A DNA stretch of 64,000 bases from a candidate division FCPU426 bacterium (GTDB lineage: Bacteria > Oederibacteriota > Muellerivitia > Muellerivitales > Muellerivitaceae), in contig CAWKAR010000033.1 in NCBI GenBank assembly GCA_963847625.1, positions 1 through 64,000 on the forward strand. The letters are read 5' to 3'. Positions 1 to 10,389 of the stretch are shown in pieces. Numbering within the stretch: position 1 is the stretch's first letter; each line of letters begins with the position of its first letter. The translations under genes were made by a program, and so were the position numbers. The notes beneath the pieces were generated by a model, which ran no database searches, was not told the origin of the DNA, and worked only from the letters and a program-made list of their open reading frames with translations.

Positions 1-2396
1 AGCGCCATGCTGAAAAGAATGGCTTCAATGTCGCGGTCTTTCAGCGTATGGTATATATCTACCGGACTATCAGCTTTAAGCTTCTTTACAATGTCCTGGG
101 CGGTATTCAGCGTTTTGAGGATATGCTCCCGTGGCTTCAGGGGAACAGCAAGCCTGCCAAGTGCCGATTCACGGTCCTCCTTATTCAGTTTGTAAAGCAG
201 TGCTGCCAGATAAAGCATCCCCTTCTCATAGCGCTCCTCCAGAAAAAGCAGGTCAAACCATGAAATGGAATCATGAACAGACTGGAGGAATTCTTCAAGC
301 CCGGAGGAAAAAACCAGACTATTATGAATTACCTTAAGGAGCCCGTAATCGCTCAGCCGCTTCAGCGCCTTTATGGGATAGGTCTCCATAAAGGTAAGCA
401 TAAGCTCATCATAAAGCCTAGACCCCGATAGTTTCTCGAAAATGTTCATCCTTAGGGCCAGCTTGATGAGATTCTCCGTATGCTTTGTCAGTTTAAAACC
501 GAAACGCTCTGAGAAACGTATCGCCCTGAAAGCCCTTGTGGGGTCTTCGACAAAACTGAGATTATGGAGCACCCTTATGACCTTTTCTTTCAAATCGCGC
601 TGCCCCCCGAAGAAATCCAGCAAGAGGCCGAAATTCTTTTTGTTCAGCTTTACTGCAAGGGTATTGATAGTAAAATCGCGACGGTACAGGTCTTTTTTTA
701 TCGACGAGGTCTCCACCTTCGGCAGCGCGGCGGGAGACTCGTAATATTCAGTCCGCGCCGTAGCCACATCGATCCTCAACGGCAACAGTATCACCTGTGC
801 AGTGCCGAACTTCTGGTGCACCTTGACCTTCGAACCCATCTTTTTTGCCAGGGTCCTGGCAAGGGCGATGCCGTCTCCCTCGATAACAATATCTATATCA
901 GGGGTTTCCCACACCCCTCAACAGGTCCCGTACACAACCGCCCACAAGATACACGCCAAAGCCGAGTTCGTCGCTGGCTTCTCCTGCCAGTACAAGGAAT
1001 TCATAAATACGCGCCGATAATTTTTCTTTGAGCAGCCTAGAGATGTTCCTGCCGAACCCCCTGTAAGCATCACTCGTTCCCGGCTCCCGTGCCGACACTT
1101 TGCTCTTCCTCAAAAAATCCTCATACAGCGACCTGAGTATGTCCGTCCTCGTCACCGCCCCTGCAACCTTATCTTCGGACAACACCGTGACAAACCGCTG
1201 ATTATGCTCGATCATGGCCTTTTCGACATCTGAAATGGGCGCATCAGGCCCCGTGGTCAAGGCATCGCTTGTTGCAAAGTCAGCGCACCTGTTCCTCCCA
1301 AGCCCGTGGAATATCCCCTTCTCGACCACTCCTCTAGTTATGACCCCACTGTAACTGGCCGTCTTTCACCACGGGGAGCGCATTCACCCCATAGCGCGTC
1401 ATCATGCGCTCGACCTCTGCTTATGCTGCTGTTCCATTGTACAACAATCACAGGCATGGTCATCACATCACGCACCAATTTCGCCGGGCGTACATGTTTG
1501 CGCAGCACTGTCGGAGAGCTTCTCTTCCACAATCTCAAAAGGCACATCTTTTATGGTTGCCGATCCAGCAGTCGCATGACCTCCGTCGCCAAACTCGGCC
1601 ATTATGCTGGCCGCGTCGAATTCCGGAGCCCTGCTCCGCGCCACCATCAAAATCTTATCAGCCATTCCGATCAGCAGTATGACCGCGTCAGCTTCTTCCA
1701 TATTCATTATCTGATGTGCCAGGTGCGCCACATCGCCAAACCCCTCCATTGTGCCTTTCCCGATCTTGATCCTCACCCCTTGAATAACGACCTCGTCAAG
1801 TGACTTTACAAGCTCATTCAAAAGCGAAACTCTTCCCTGCTTATCTCCTCTTTAAGAAAATCGGAAACAATATTGAGATTGGCGCCCTGCCTGATAAGAT
1901 ACGCCACTGCAATAAGATCGCGGGGAGTAGTCGAGGCAAACAGCAGCGAACCTGTTTCCTGGTATATTCCGAGGCACAGGATAGTAGCCTCAAGGGTACT
2001 CAAGGGGATCTTCCTGGCCTCGATTATTTCGGCAAAAACGGTTGAAACCGCAGCAGTGGTATCTATGACCTCCACCTTGCCTTTGATATCCTCTTTTGCA
2101 GGCGGATGGTGATCATAAACATGCACCTCGACGCCGGGCCGGGAAAGAAGTTCTTTAAAAGCGCCTATCCGGTCGGGATGCTTGGTATCAACAATAATCA
2201 ACCGCTTGACCTCATCCAGTGAAATATCCCTCAGCTTTTTTATCTCCACCGGCTGAAAGGCGTCCATGAAATCCCGCACTTTTTTCTCCATAGAGCCGGG
2301 GAAGACAATAACAGCATCGGGATAAAGCTTTTTGGCCGCTATCGCCGAGGCGAGCGAGTCGAAGTCCGTGTTGATATGTGAGGTAATTACATCCAT
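1..2396 (-). pseudogene. cca: DHH-DHHA1-CBS-CBS-tRNA nucleotidyltransferase (CCA/A-adding) split by several frameshifts; runs off the window start
   Basis: Consecutive fragments in different frames: DHH (HINTDFDS, YDHHP; 1818-2396), DHHA1 (GGHATAGSA; 1468-1821), CBS (VRDVMT; AVTRTDIL), NTase (LVGGCVRDLL, DVATARTEYY, DLYRRDFTIN, SFVEDPTR). The frameshifts may be sequencing errors. Confidence 0.85.
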
Positions 2397-2642
2397 AATG
2401 CATAGAATACCACAGTTTGCGTTAAGTGCAGAGGGGTGGATTCCCGATCAACATACATAGGGAGGTCACTGAAGGCGTGGTTTCCTGGTAACCACATAAA
2501 AGTCGGATAATCCAAAAATTCGGGGGAACTCCCGGAACTTCATCAAAATTGACATATCACCAGCCAAAATTTTAAAATGTGAGGACAGGCTTTAAATATC
2601 AAACATTTAAGGTACATTTAGAGATAAAGAGGTTTGAAAGAT

Positions 2643-3766
2643 ATGTGCAGACTGGCCGCTATTACATCAAATGAGTACATCTCGCCGATGGAGCCCATTC
2701 TCGCCCTCGAAACAATGAAAGAAGGACATGACGGCTCCGGCCTTGGCCTTACGCTCAAAGACCTCGGCGGGGCGTTCGAGAAGCTGAAGAAATTTCCGGT
2801 AATGTCAGGCATATGCTCCATGGCCGGCAAAAAGACTCTTGACGAGTTCATGAAAAAGAAGGGTTTTACCCTCAAGGATGAATGGAAACCGAAAATAACA
2901 CAGGTGAAAGGGATTATCCCCCGCGATTATTATTTTGCGCGTGCCTATGACTATCCTGCTGCCTTCAGAAACAAACCGGTTCAGGAAAAAGAAGACCTTC
3001 TCATGGACACGCGCCTGGCACTCCGGAAAATCGGCGAGCCCGATGAGTCGATATTCGTATTTTCGTTTTATCCGGATGTTCTTACATTAAAAGAGGTGGG
3101 TGACCCGCTCCAGGTAGCCGCCTTTTGGGGGCTTGACGATGACAGGCTTAAAGCCAAAATGATTCTTGCCCAGGGAAGACAGAACACCAACTACGCAATT
3201 TATCTTTATGCCTGCCATCCTTTTTTCATACAGGGTTTTTGTTCCATGACAAACGGCGAAAATACCGCTTTTGTCCCGATAAGGGAATTTCTTTCGAGCA
3301 GGGGCTTTCCCGGGTACATGGGATATAATAGCGACAGCGAGGTGTTTACCCATATACTGCATTATGCGGTAAGGCAGCTGCATCTGCCGATGCCTTATTA
3401 TAAAGATATTATAACCCCCCTCAAAGCCGCCGATATTGAGCAGCGGCCCGACAGGGATGCCCTGAGACTCATGAAGCAATCCATGCGCTCACTCTGCATA
3501 GACGGGCCGAACGTTATTATAGGCTTCACCCCCGACGGCGCCTGCTTCATGGTGCACGACTCAAAAAAGCTGAGACCCGGCGCAGTGGGCGGCGTAAAAG
3601 GAAGATATGCATTAATGTCCGAAGAATGCGGAGTTGACAGTGCGGTGCCCAAGCGGGACAGGAGCAAAGACATATTCCCGATGAAATACGATATGGTAAT
3701 CGTTTCACCGCAGGCAAAGGAGGTAAAGGTATGGAACCAGCTGCAGGGGCAATATTCAGACCATAA
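2643..3766 (+). CDS. Class II (Ntn) glutamine amidotransferase, glutamate synthase GlxB-like subunit; 3' end uncertain
   Basis: Met-Cys start (MCRLAAI) at 2643; GHDGSG, QGRQNTN, CHPF, NGE and SDSEV motifs. Confidence 0.8.
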
Positions 3767-4241
3767 CCATCAGCTCTCGCTGAGAGAGTTTCCTTATATA
3801 ATCCGGTGGCGGGATGACCGCTGCAAACGGTGCGGCAGTTGTACTGCTGTATGCCCGGTCAAGGCTATCGTACCCTCCGTTAAAGTTCAGAGAGTTGTCA
3901 GGTCAGAAGGACCCGTGCCGACTCCGACAACGGCAAGGATGACCACAAACGTAGTAGAACAGGTAACCGACATTGAGCGATACTGCACCGGCTGCGGGTC
4001 CTGCACGCTGGTTTGCCCCAATGAAGCTATAGAGCCGGAATTCAATTTTCAAAATAAATTCCTCCACTATAAGAATAAAGGCGGCGATGCCTATAAACGT
4101 GGCGGCAGGAGAAACGACCCTTCTGTGTCTACGCTCGACAGGCTGAAATTCACGAGGATTTCAATGCTTACCGACCCTGCTCTGGACGCCGGAAGGCACG
4201 AATTCCGCATAAGGTCGCTTTTAGGAAGAATACTGCCGCCG
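3731..4241 (+). CDS. N-terminal fragment of a ferredoxin-containing glutamate synthase FMN subunit, truncated
   Basis: Two CxxCxxCxxxCP motifs followed by RISMLTDPALDAGRHEF; strong SD AAGGAGGT before ATG 3731; no FMN domain follows after ~4241. Confidence 0.7.
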
Positions 4242-4414
4242 GTCCCACCTAACACATGCCGCCATATGGTTTTCACGGCCTAACAAAATAATCCAAGTAA
4301 ACCGGGTTTCCGGTTGAGTTTTCGACTCCGTTTTCCAGGGCCAACCACAAGGAGTTTGCCTTGTTCTGCCGCCGAGCCGTTCCGGCGAATTTTCTTTAAA
4401 AAAGGGGTTTAGGA

Positions 4415-5884
4415 ATGAGCGAACCAGTCATCATCCAAGGCGGTATGGGCGCGGGCGTTTCCAACTGGAAGCTGGCCCGGGCCGTGTCCCTGGAGGGGCA
4501 GTTGGGCGTCGTTTCAGGCACGGCCCTGGACACCATCGTGGCCCGCCGCCTTCAGTTGGGCGACCAGGACGGCGCCATGCGCCGCGCGCTGGCGCGTTTC
4601 CCGGACCAGGTTATTTCTCGAAAAATTATAGAACGTTATTACATACCCGGCGGAAAAGCGCCGAAGGCCCCCTACAAGAACATCCCTGTTTTCACCCTCA
4701 AACCCTCCCGGGAGGTCCTGGAACTGAATATCGCCGCGAATTTCGCCGAAGTTTACCTCGCCAAGGAAGGGCATGACGGCCTGGTGGGCATCAATTTCCT
4801 GGAGAAAATCCAGATCCCGACTTTGACCTGCCTTTACGGCGCCCTTTTAGCGGGCGTGGACTACATCCTCATGGGAGCCGGCATTCCCCGCGCCATTCCC
4901 GGAATCATCGACCAATTGGTCCTCCACGAGGAGGTGATCCATAAAATCAACGTCCATGGCGCCGAGGGCACCGACGAATTCCAGATGACCTTGAACCCGT
5001 CGGAAATATTGGGAGTCAAACTTCCTGCCCTGAAAAGGCCCAAATTCCTCGCCATTGTCGCTTCAGTGGTGTTGGCCCAAACACTGGCCAGGAAATCCAC
5101 CGGACACGTGGATGGTTTCATCGTCGAGGGGCCTACCGCCGGAGGCCACAACGCGCCTCCCCGGGGGCCGCTCCAACTCAACGAAAAGGGAGAACCCATA
5201 TACGGCACCAAGGACGTAGTCGATTCGGCCAAGATGAAGGAAATCGGCCTTCCCTTCTGGCTGGCCGGGTCTTACGCCGATCCCGACAAACTGACGGAAG
5301 CCCTCGCGCAGGGCGCGGCAGGCATCCAAGCCGGGACGGTTTTCGCCTACTGCGAGGAATCCGGCATGGCGGGCTGGATCAAGGAAAAGGTCATCCAAAA
5401 AACCCTGAAGGGCCTGGCGGGGGTCTTTACCGACCGTTTGGCCTCACCCACCGGCTTTCCCTTTAAAGTAGCCGAGTTGGAGGGAACCCTGTCCGAAAAA
5501 GAGGAATATAAAAACCGGCCGCGGATCTGCGACCTGGGTTACCTGCGGACGGCCTATAAACGCAAGGACGGCACCGTGGGTTACCGGTGCGCCAGCGAGC
5601 CACTTGAGCAATACCTGCAAAAGGAAGGGGTCCAGGAAGAAACGGTCGGCCGCAAATGCCTCTGCAACGGTCTGATGGCCAATATCGGGTTGGAGCAAAA
5701 CCAAAAAAGCGGTTACGAGGAAAAACCCCTGGTGACCTCGGGCGACGACCTTCCCCGCATTCTTTCCATTATTAAAAACGGGAAAACTTCCTATAGCGCC
5801 GCCAACGTCATCCAATTCCTGCTGGGAGTTCTCCGGGGGGATGACGCCCTTTCCCTCATGAACCACGCCATCTCCAAAATTTAA
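4415..5884 (+). CDS. Nitronate monooxygenase / FabK-like FMN oxidoreductase
   Basis: IIQGGMG, MGAGIP, VEGPTAGGH and GIQAGTVF motifs; Cys-rich C-terminus. Confidence 0.85.
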   Translation: MSEPVIIQGGMGAGVSNWKLARAVSLEGQLGVVSGTALDTIVARRLQLGDQDGAMRRALARFPDQVISRKIIERYYIPGGKAPKAPYKNIPVFTLKPSREVLELNIAANFAEVYLAKEGHDGLVGINFLEKIQIPTLTCLYGALLAGVDYILMGAGIPRAIPGIIDQLVLHEEVIHKINVHGAEGTDEFQMTLNPSEILGVKLPALKRPKFLAIVASVVLAQTLARKSTGHVDGFIVEGPTAGGHNAPPRGPLQLNEKGEPIYGTKDVVDSAKMKEIGLPFWLAGSYADPDKLTEALAQGAAGIQAGTVFAYCEESGMAGWIKEKVIQKTLKGLAGVFTDRLASPTGFPFKVAELEGTLSEKEEYKNRPRICDLGYLRTAYKRKDGTVGYRCASEPLEQYLQKEGVQEETVGRKCLCNGLMANIGLEQNQKSGYEEKPLVTSGDDLPRILSIIKNGKTSYSAANVIQFLLGVLRGDDALSLMNHAISKI

Positions 5885-6189
5885 CGATTTCTATTCCGCA
5901 CCAAGAAGCGGGTGAATCATTTTTATATACCCGCGAATTCATCTCCGCTGTCCGAACTAATCCACAATCAATCAAATGACAAAAGCATGGCGGGTTTAAT
6001 CCCCAAGCCCGCCCCTCATATTTCCGGCTCAATAAAGTGAAGAAATTCCACTGTTTTCTGTAAGGTAGGGAATAAAACCCATCCCAAAAGCACTATATAA
6101 CAGGAGATCGGCAATACCCGTTATGTGGTGGGTGAAATAAATCGATCGGGACTATACCGGCCTCCATACAAGCCTAATGGAGGATAAAG

Positions 6190-6477
6190 ATGAGCGCTTT
6201 TGAGGATTACTTACATATTTCTTCTTTTCTCAACAACTATCTTTGCAAGGAAATGCTCCTGGCCGTCCAGTATCCCGCGCATTCCCAAACCGAAATCGGC
6301 CCTCACGGTGAGGAAATTTCCAAATATTCTCTTATCAAGGATCTCCTCTATGAATGCAGTACAGGGGAGGCCACCGAGAAATTGAACCGTTCGTTGAATA
6401 CCAGGGAACTTGCTTTCGTTTCGGAAAGGATCGAGGGGTTTTTGATCGAAAATAGCGATGGAACCCTTGGCCGGTGA
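6190..6477 (+). CDS. Hypothetical protein
   Basis: 95-aa ORF with GGAGG RBS. Confidence 0.55.
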   Translation: MSAFEDYLHISSFLNNYLCKEMLLAVQYPAHSQTEIGPHGEEISKYSLIKDLLYECSTGEATEKLNRSLNTRELAFVSERIEGFLIENSDGTLGR

Positions 6478-6538
6478 TTTTCTTGTATTGCTTAGGCAAG
6501 GTTAAAGATGAAACCACCGTTAATTTTTTTACTTTAAT

Positions 6539-6668
6539 CAATCTGCTAAAAAAGTCCACACAACCGACTTTTTTAGCTGACGACATTTGCGGAAACCCCA
6601 CGATTCCTGCGGAATCTTTGGGGTCACAGGCTGCTTTGTGGGCCTGATTTTATTTTTTCAGAAGCCTG
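6539..6668. mobile_element. 130-bp MITE-like element, degenerate inverted copy of 52131-52260
   Basis: Shares both internal hairpins with 52131-52260; same length; imperfect terminal IRs; flanks TTAAT/TTAAA. Confidence 0.65.
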
Positions 6669-7229
6669 TTAAACGATCCCCAGGTTTTTAAGTTCCAACT
6701 CCAAGTTTGGCGTCAGAATCCCCCGCCCGAAAGTCTTCCGAAGTTCATCCATTGACCAAAACCTTCCATCTGAAACTTCAGCCGGGTTGAGGCGGAAGGG
6801 CCCCTCGTAGCGAAGGATAAAGGTGCGGGTATGCTCGGTTTCGAAGCCGCTTTCCCATATGAAATCGTGGTGGAACTCGAGGCGTGAGGCGTCCGGCAAG
6901 GTAACGCCGAGTTCCTCCTGAAGCTCCCTCAAGGCCCCTTGCTCGTAGGTTTCCCCGGCCGGGATATGGCCCCCCACCGAAGTGTCCCATTTGCCGGGCT
7001 GGACCTTTTTGTACCCCGAGCGCTTCTGCAGGAAATACTCCCCCGCCGCGTTTACCACGAAAACATGCACCGAGGGGTGGCGCAGGGCCGGGTTTCCATG
7101 CGCGTCGGAGCGCCGGACAGTCCCGATCACGCGGCCCTTTTCATCGAGCCGGTCGAGCATTTCCCCGCCGTTTTCAGCGAGCTTTCGGAGTTCTTCCTCG
7201 TCGGAAGGATGGGAGTGGTGATGGGTCAT
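6669..7229 (-). CDS. NUDIX hydrolase (IDI/YfcD-like)
   Basis: LQKRS..K..QPGKWDTSVGGH and Nudix box GETYEQGALRELQEELGV. Confidence 0.9.
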   Translation of the reverse strand: MTHHHSHPSDEEELRKLAENGGEMLDRLDEKGRVIGTVRRSDAHGNPALRHPSVHVFVVNAAGEYFLQKRSGYKKVQPGKWDTSVGGHIPAGETYEQGALRELQEELGVTLPDASRLEFHHDFIWESGFETEHTRTFILRYEGPFRLNPAEVSDGRFWSMDELRKTFGRGILTPNLELELKNLGIV

Positions 7230-7386
7230 GGACCCATATTAGCCAAAGCCATGATGGTCTCCAACTGATTCAGCGGGAAAGACCATTTCGTGGAAAACCA
7301 GGACTTCTTCCGGGAGGGACTTGGGCCTTCAGACGACGGCTTGGCCGGATGTTGTTATAAGCGCTTATAAAAAATGGGATTTGCGC

Positions 7387-8025
7387 CTAACGGCACTGGT
7401 AGAGAGCCTCCATACTCAAGTGATCGGAGGGATCGGTGAAAGCGGTAGCCCATGGGTTGGAGAAAAAGCCGCTACATCCCAGCATAGATCCGCTTGACTG
7501 ATTGGTATAGGCTTCTCCACCAGTGGGACTTGACGAGGGAAAACCGACCGCCAGCCAGTAATTCCCGGCCGACAGGTTGACGGGTCCAACGCCGACTGTG
7601 ACCCAGCCGTTCGCCGCCAGGGTGACGGGGTTCGAGACAACCACGAGGGTATTCGGCGCCGAGGAGGTGTCCGAATAGATGCCCACTTTCAAATACATGT
7701 TTGACATGCTGTACACGCTAATGGCGGTGACGGCGGCGTTTTCAGTGAGGACAAAAGAAGACGCAAAAGTGTAGACGGTGCCCAGATTGGTCAAAACGGT
7801 GGTGACCGCATCGCCGAAGACTCCGATGCAAGTGGGGGTAATGGTAGGCGTGGGCGTTGGACTACCCGGAGTGTGACTGGGTGTGAAAGTGGGGGACGAA
7901 GTCGGGGTGGAAGTAGGCTTGGAGTTTTTCGGGGAACCAGGACTGCTCGAGTTGCCGCAGGATCCTGTCCAACAGATGACGGCCACTAGAAGAAGGATTG
8001 GAACACAGATCCGGATGCCGCGCAT
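7387..8025 (-). CDS. Exported or lipoprotein with Thr/Pro linker and beta-sandwich domain
   Basis: Signal peptide with Cys, TPT repeats, beta-rich C-terminal domain (LSAGNYWLAV). Confidence 0.7.
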   Translation of the reverse strand: MRGIRICVPILLLVAVICWTGSCGNSSSPGSPKNSKPTSTPTSSPTFTPSHTPGSPTPTPTITPTCIGVFGDAVTTVLTNLGTVYTFASSFVLTENAAVTAISVYSMSNMYLKVGIYSDTSSAPNTLVVVSNPVTLAANGWVTVGVGPVNLSAGNYWLAVGFPSSSPTGGEAYTNQSSGSMLGCSGFFSNPWATAFTDPSDHLSMEALYQCR

Positions 8026-8214
8026 AGAACGCCCCCTGAAATAATAAGATTAGGATCAAATCCAAAGGCAAAAAGTTTTTTCTTTTTCCCGTCCACATCG
8101 TGAACAACTTGTAAGTTAACAGGTTTGTAGTTCTCCTATCAACTTCAAAGTAGATTGAAGGAAGGCAATCGATCTCAATGGCCCAATTCAACCATCCAAA
8201 GGTTCCTGTTGCGA

Positions 8215-10389
8215 TTATTTTCCTGGTGAAGTTGGGGGTCTACTGGTCTGGGCCGCCAGGGTATCCAGCATTTGCAGGACCTCCGGCGAGGGTTGGAAGT
8301 AGGAATCCCATTTCGCCGCCTGGAGGAAGGACTCTTTTGCTTCGGCGTATCGCTTGGTCTTTCCGTAAACGTGCGCCAGGTCGAAGTACAAAAAACCGTT
8401 GGCCCCGTTTTGAAAAGCCTTTTGAAACGCGGGCAGGGCCAGGTCGTATTGCTTGTTCATGTAATAAAGGTCGGCGAGTTTGCCCCAATAATAAAACCGC
8501 AGGAAGGGGTTGCCCTGGAAAAGGGATTCCCGGTCCCGGAGGAAGCGGATGATGCCGTCGTAGGGTTGGCTGTAGGGGTGGTTGAATTGAAGATAATCCG
8601 ACTCCCGCAGAGCGCGGTCCGCTTCCCGCCAGCCGTCCAGAATTATCCGGTTTTCGGACGTGAGGGGGATGACGGCCAGGAGGCTGTTGTCCGAGGGGGT
8701 GTGGTTTTCCTTCGAGTAAAAGTTGGCACCGGGAAACCATTGGGATAACAGGGGGTGGGCCCAGTCATCCGTCGTGAGGGCGGCCCAGGTGGCCTGGGAC
8801 GGCACCAGGTCCGGGTTCACCAGGGTGTTGAGGGAATAGGCACCCAGGGCTGTGTAGCAAGGAAACCAGTGGCTGGAAAAAAGTGAGGAGGTAAAACGGC
8901 CGGAGACGTCGGTCACGAAGGTGATTACCGGATTGTTAAGGTCCAGGCAAAAATCGGAGTAAACACAGCCGGGACCGTTGGTTTGACCGAGTTCCCGCAG
9001 GCTCTGGCAGACCGACACTGTGGGATTCGAGGCGGAATATTCCCTGTCGGCGACGCCCATGGTCTTTTCCAGGTTGGCCCAGTCCAGGAGGAAGGAAAGG
9101 AAGAACAGGCCCAGGGCGAGGGAGATCCGCGTGGACCCCCGGGGGAACCCGGCCCAGAGCACGCTGAATCCCCAGGCCGCGACGCCAATGAAGAGAGGAA
9201 TCAGGGCGGCCACGTGGTACCAGTTGGCGCTGTGCGTGAAGAGGCAGGGCACCAACAGGACGGCGAACCCGAAGGCCATCCATTTTACCAGGGGGAGATG
9301 GCGCAGGCGGAATCCCTCGGCCGCCCCCAGAAGAAATAGGCTCCCCAGGATCGGGTTCAAGAACCCGCCCCACTGGGGGTTATAAGCGAATTGGCCGTTG
9401 AAGCCCGTCCAAAGGAGACTGGTGAGGTAATAAAGGTTTTGCCGGAAATCCCACTGGAACATGTTGTCGGCCAAGCGGCCCGTGAGGACAAGGTCTTTGA
9501 GATAGGGACCGAAGCTTTCCCTCACGGCCGCGACGGCCAGGGGCAGGGCCGAAAGAATCGCGGCGGCCAGGCCAAGGACGAAAAGGTTTTTCCCTCTGGG
9601 CGAGTGAGCGCAGATTTTCCAAACCGCGGGAATGAGCCAAACAGCGACCAGGAGCCACCCGAAATAAGTGTAAAAACCCAGTCCCAGGCAGAGGCCCAAG
9701 ACGATCGCGACTCCGGCGCGGTTTCGTGTGGAGTCCGCTTTCGAGAATCTGGCTAAGAGCCATAAGGCCAAGGCTTCCCAAAAAACCATGAGAACCGCGT
9801 TGTGGGAAAAACGCCCCAGAAAAACAGGCCAAAATCCTATGCTCAACAGGATGAGGCAAATCAAGGAAAAAGACCGGGAGAATACCTCCCGGAAGGCCAG
9901 GTAATAGAAAATCACGCTCAGGAAGGACAGCAGGGCCGGCACCAGCCAGAGGCTTAGGTTGGAGACTCCCCCGATCTTGAATACCCAGGCCAACAACCAG
10001 ATATAAAAAGGAGGCATTTGGCTGGTGTAATAAAAGGCATCCCAATTTCCCTGGCTGTTCAAGTGGATGGCGTTGTAGGCGTTGATGACCTCGTCCGGGA
10101 TGGGAAAGGACAGGTAGGAAGATAATTTATAGAAGCGGACGGCCAGGGCCAGGAGCAGGGCCAGGGCCGCCAACCAGGGAACCGGGGTGAAAAGATCGCG
10201 GGTATAAAGGGGGTCTTCCCCATCGGGAGAAGGAGGCCGTTTAAACACGTAGAACCAACCCAGGGTCCCAAAACCCAGGATTCCGATGACAAGTTTGAGG
10301 GGCCAAGCCAGGGGGGTATAGGCCAGCAGGGAGTTAAGCCCCGCCAGGAGCAGGAAACAGTTCAAAGGCTTGACCAGGAAAGGAGTCAT
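8215..10389 (-). CDS. GT-C fold (ArnT/PMT_2-like) glycosyltransferase with C-terminal TPR
   Basis: Many TM helices, PDE motif after an early TM, PPFY, LGLGFYTY; C-terminal TPR-like helices. Confidence 0.8.
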   Translation of the reverse strand: MTPFLVKPLNCFLLLAGLNSLLAYTPLAWPLKLVIGILGFGTLGWFYVFKRPPSPDGEDPLYTRDLFTPVPWLAALALLLALAVRFYKLSSYLSFPIPDEVINAYNAIHLNSQGNWDAFYYTSQMPPFYIWLLAWVFKIGGVSNLSLWLVPALLSFLSVIFYYLAFREVFSRSFSLICLILLSIGFWPVFLGRFSHNAVLMVFWEALALWLLARFSKADSTRNRAGVAIVLGLCLGLGFYTYFGWLLVAVWLIPAVWKICAHSPRGKNLFVLGLAAAILSALPLAVAAVRESFGPYLKDLVLTGRLADNMFQWDFRQNLYYLTSLLWTGFNGQFAYNPQWGGFLNPILGSLFLLGAAEGFRLRHLPLVKWMAFGFAVLLVPCLFTHSANWYHVAALIPLFIGVAAWGFSVLWAGFPRGSTRISLALGLFFLSFLLDWANLEKTMGVADREYSASNPTVSVCQSLRELGQTNGPGCVYSDFCLDLNNPVITFVTDVSGRFTSSLFSSHWFPCYTALGAYSLNTLVNPDLVPSQATWAALTTDDWAHPLLSQWFPGANFYSKENHTPSDNSLLAVIPLTSENRIILDGWREADRALRESDYLQFNHPYSQPYDGIIRFLRDRESLFQGNPFLRFYYWGKLADLYYMNKQYDLALPAFQKAFQNGANGFLYFDLAHVYGKTKRYAEAKESFLQAAKWDSYFQPSPEVLQMLDTLAAQTSRPPTSPGK

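Noticed and set aside
1..2396. Programmed frameshifting in the cca-like gene
   Set aside because: Too many shifts and no consistent slippery motif; sequencing error or decay is more likely.
2634..4283. Novel amidotransferase-ferredoxin fusion (549 aa)
   Set aside because: A strong SD and ATG at 3731 in another frame suggest two overlapping genes joined by an indel, in a segment with many other frameshifts; the tail after ~4241 looks unrelated.
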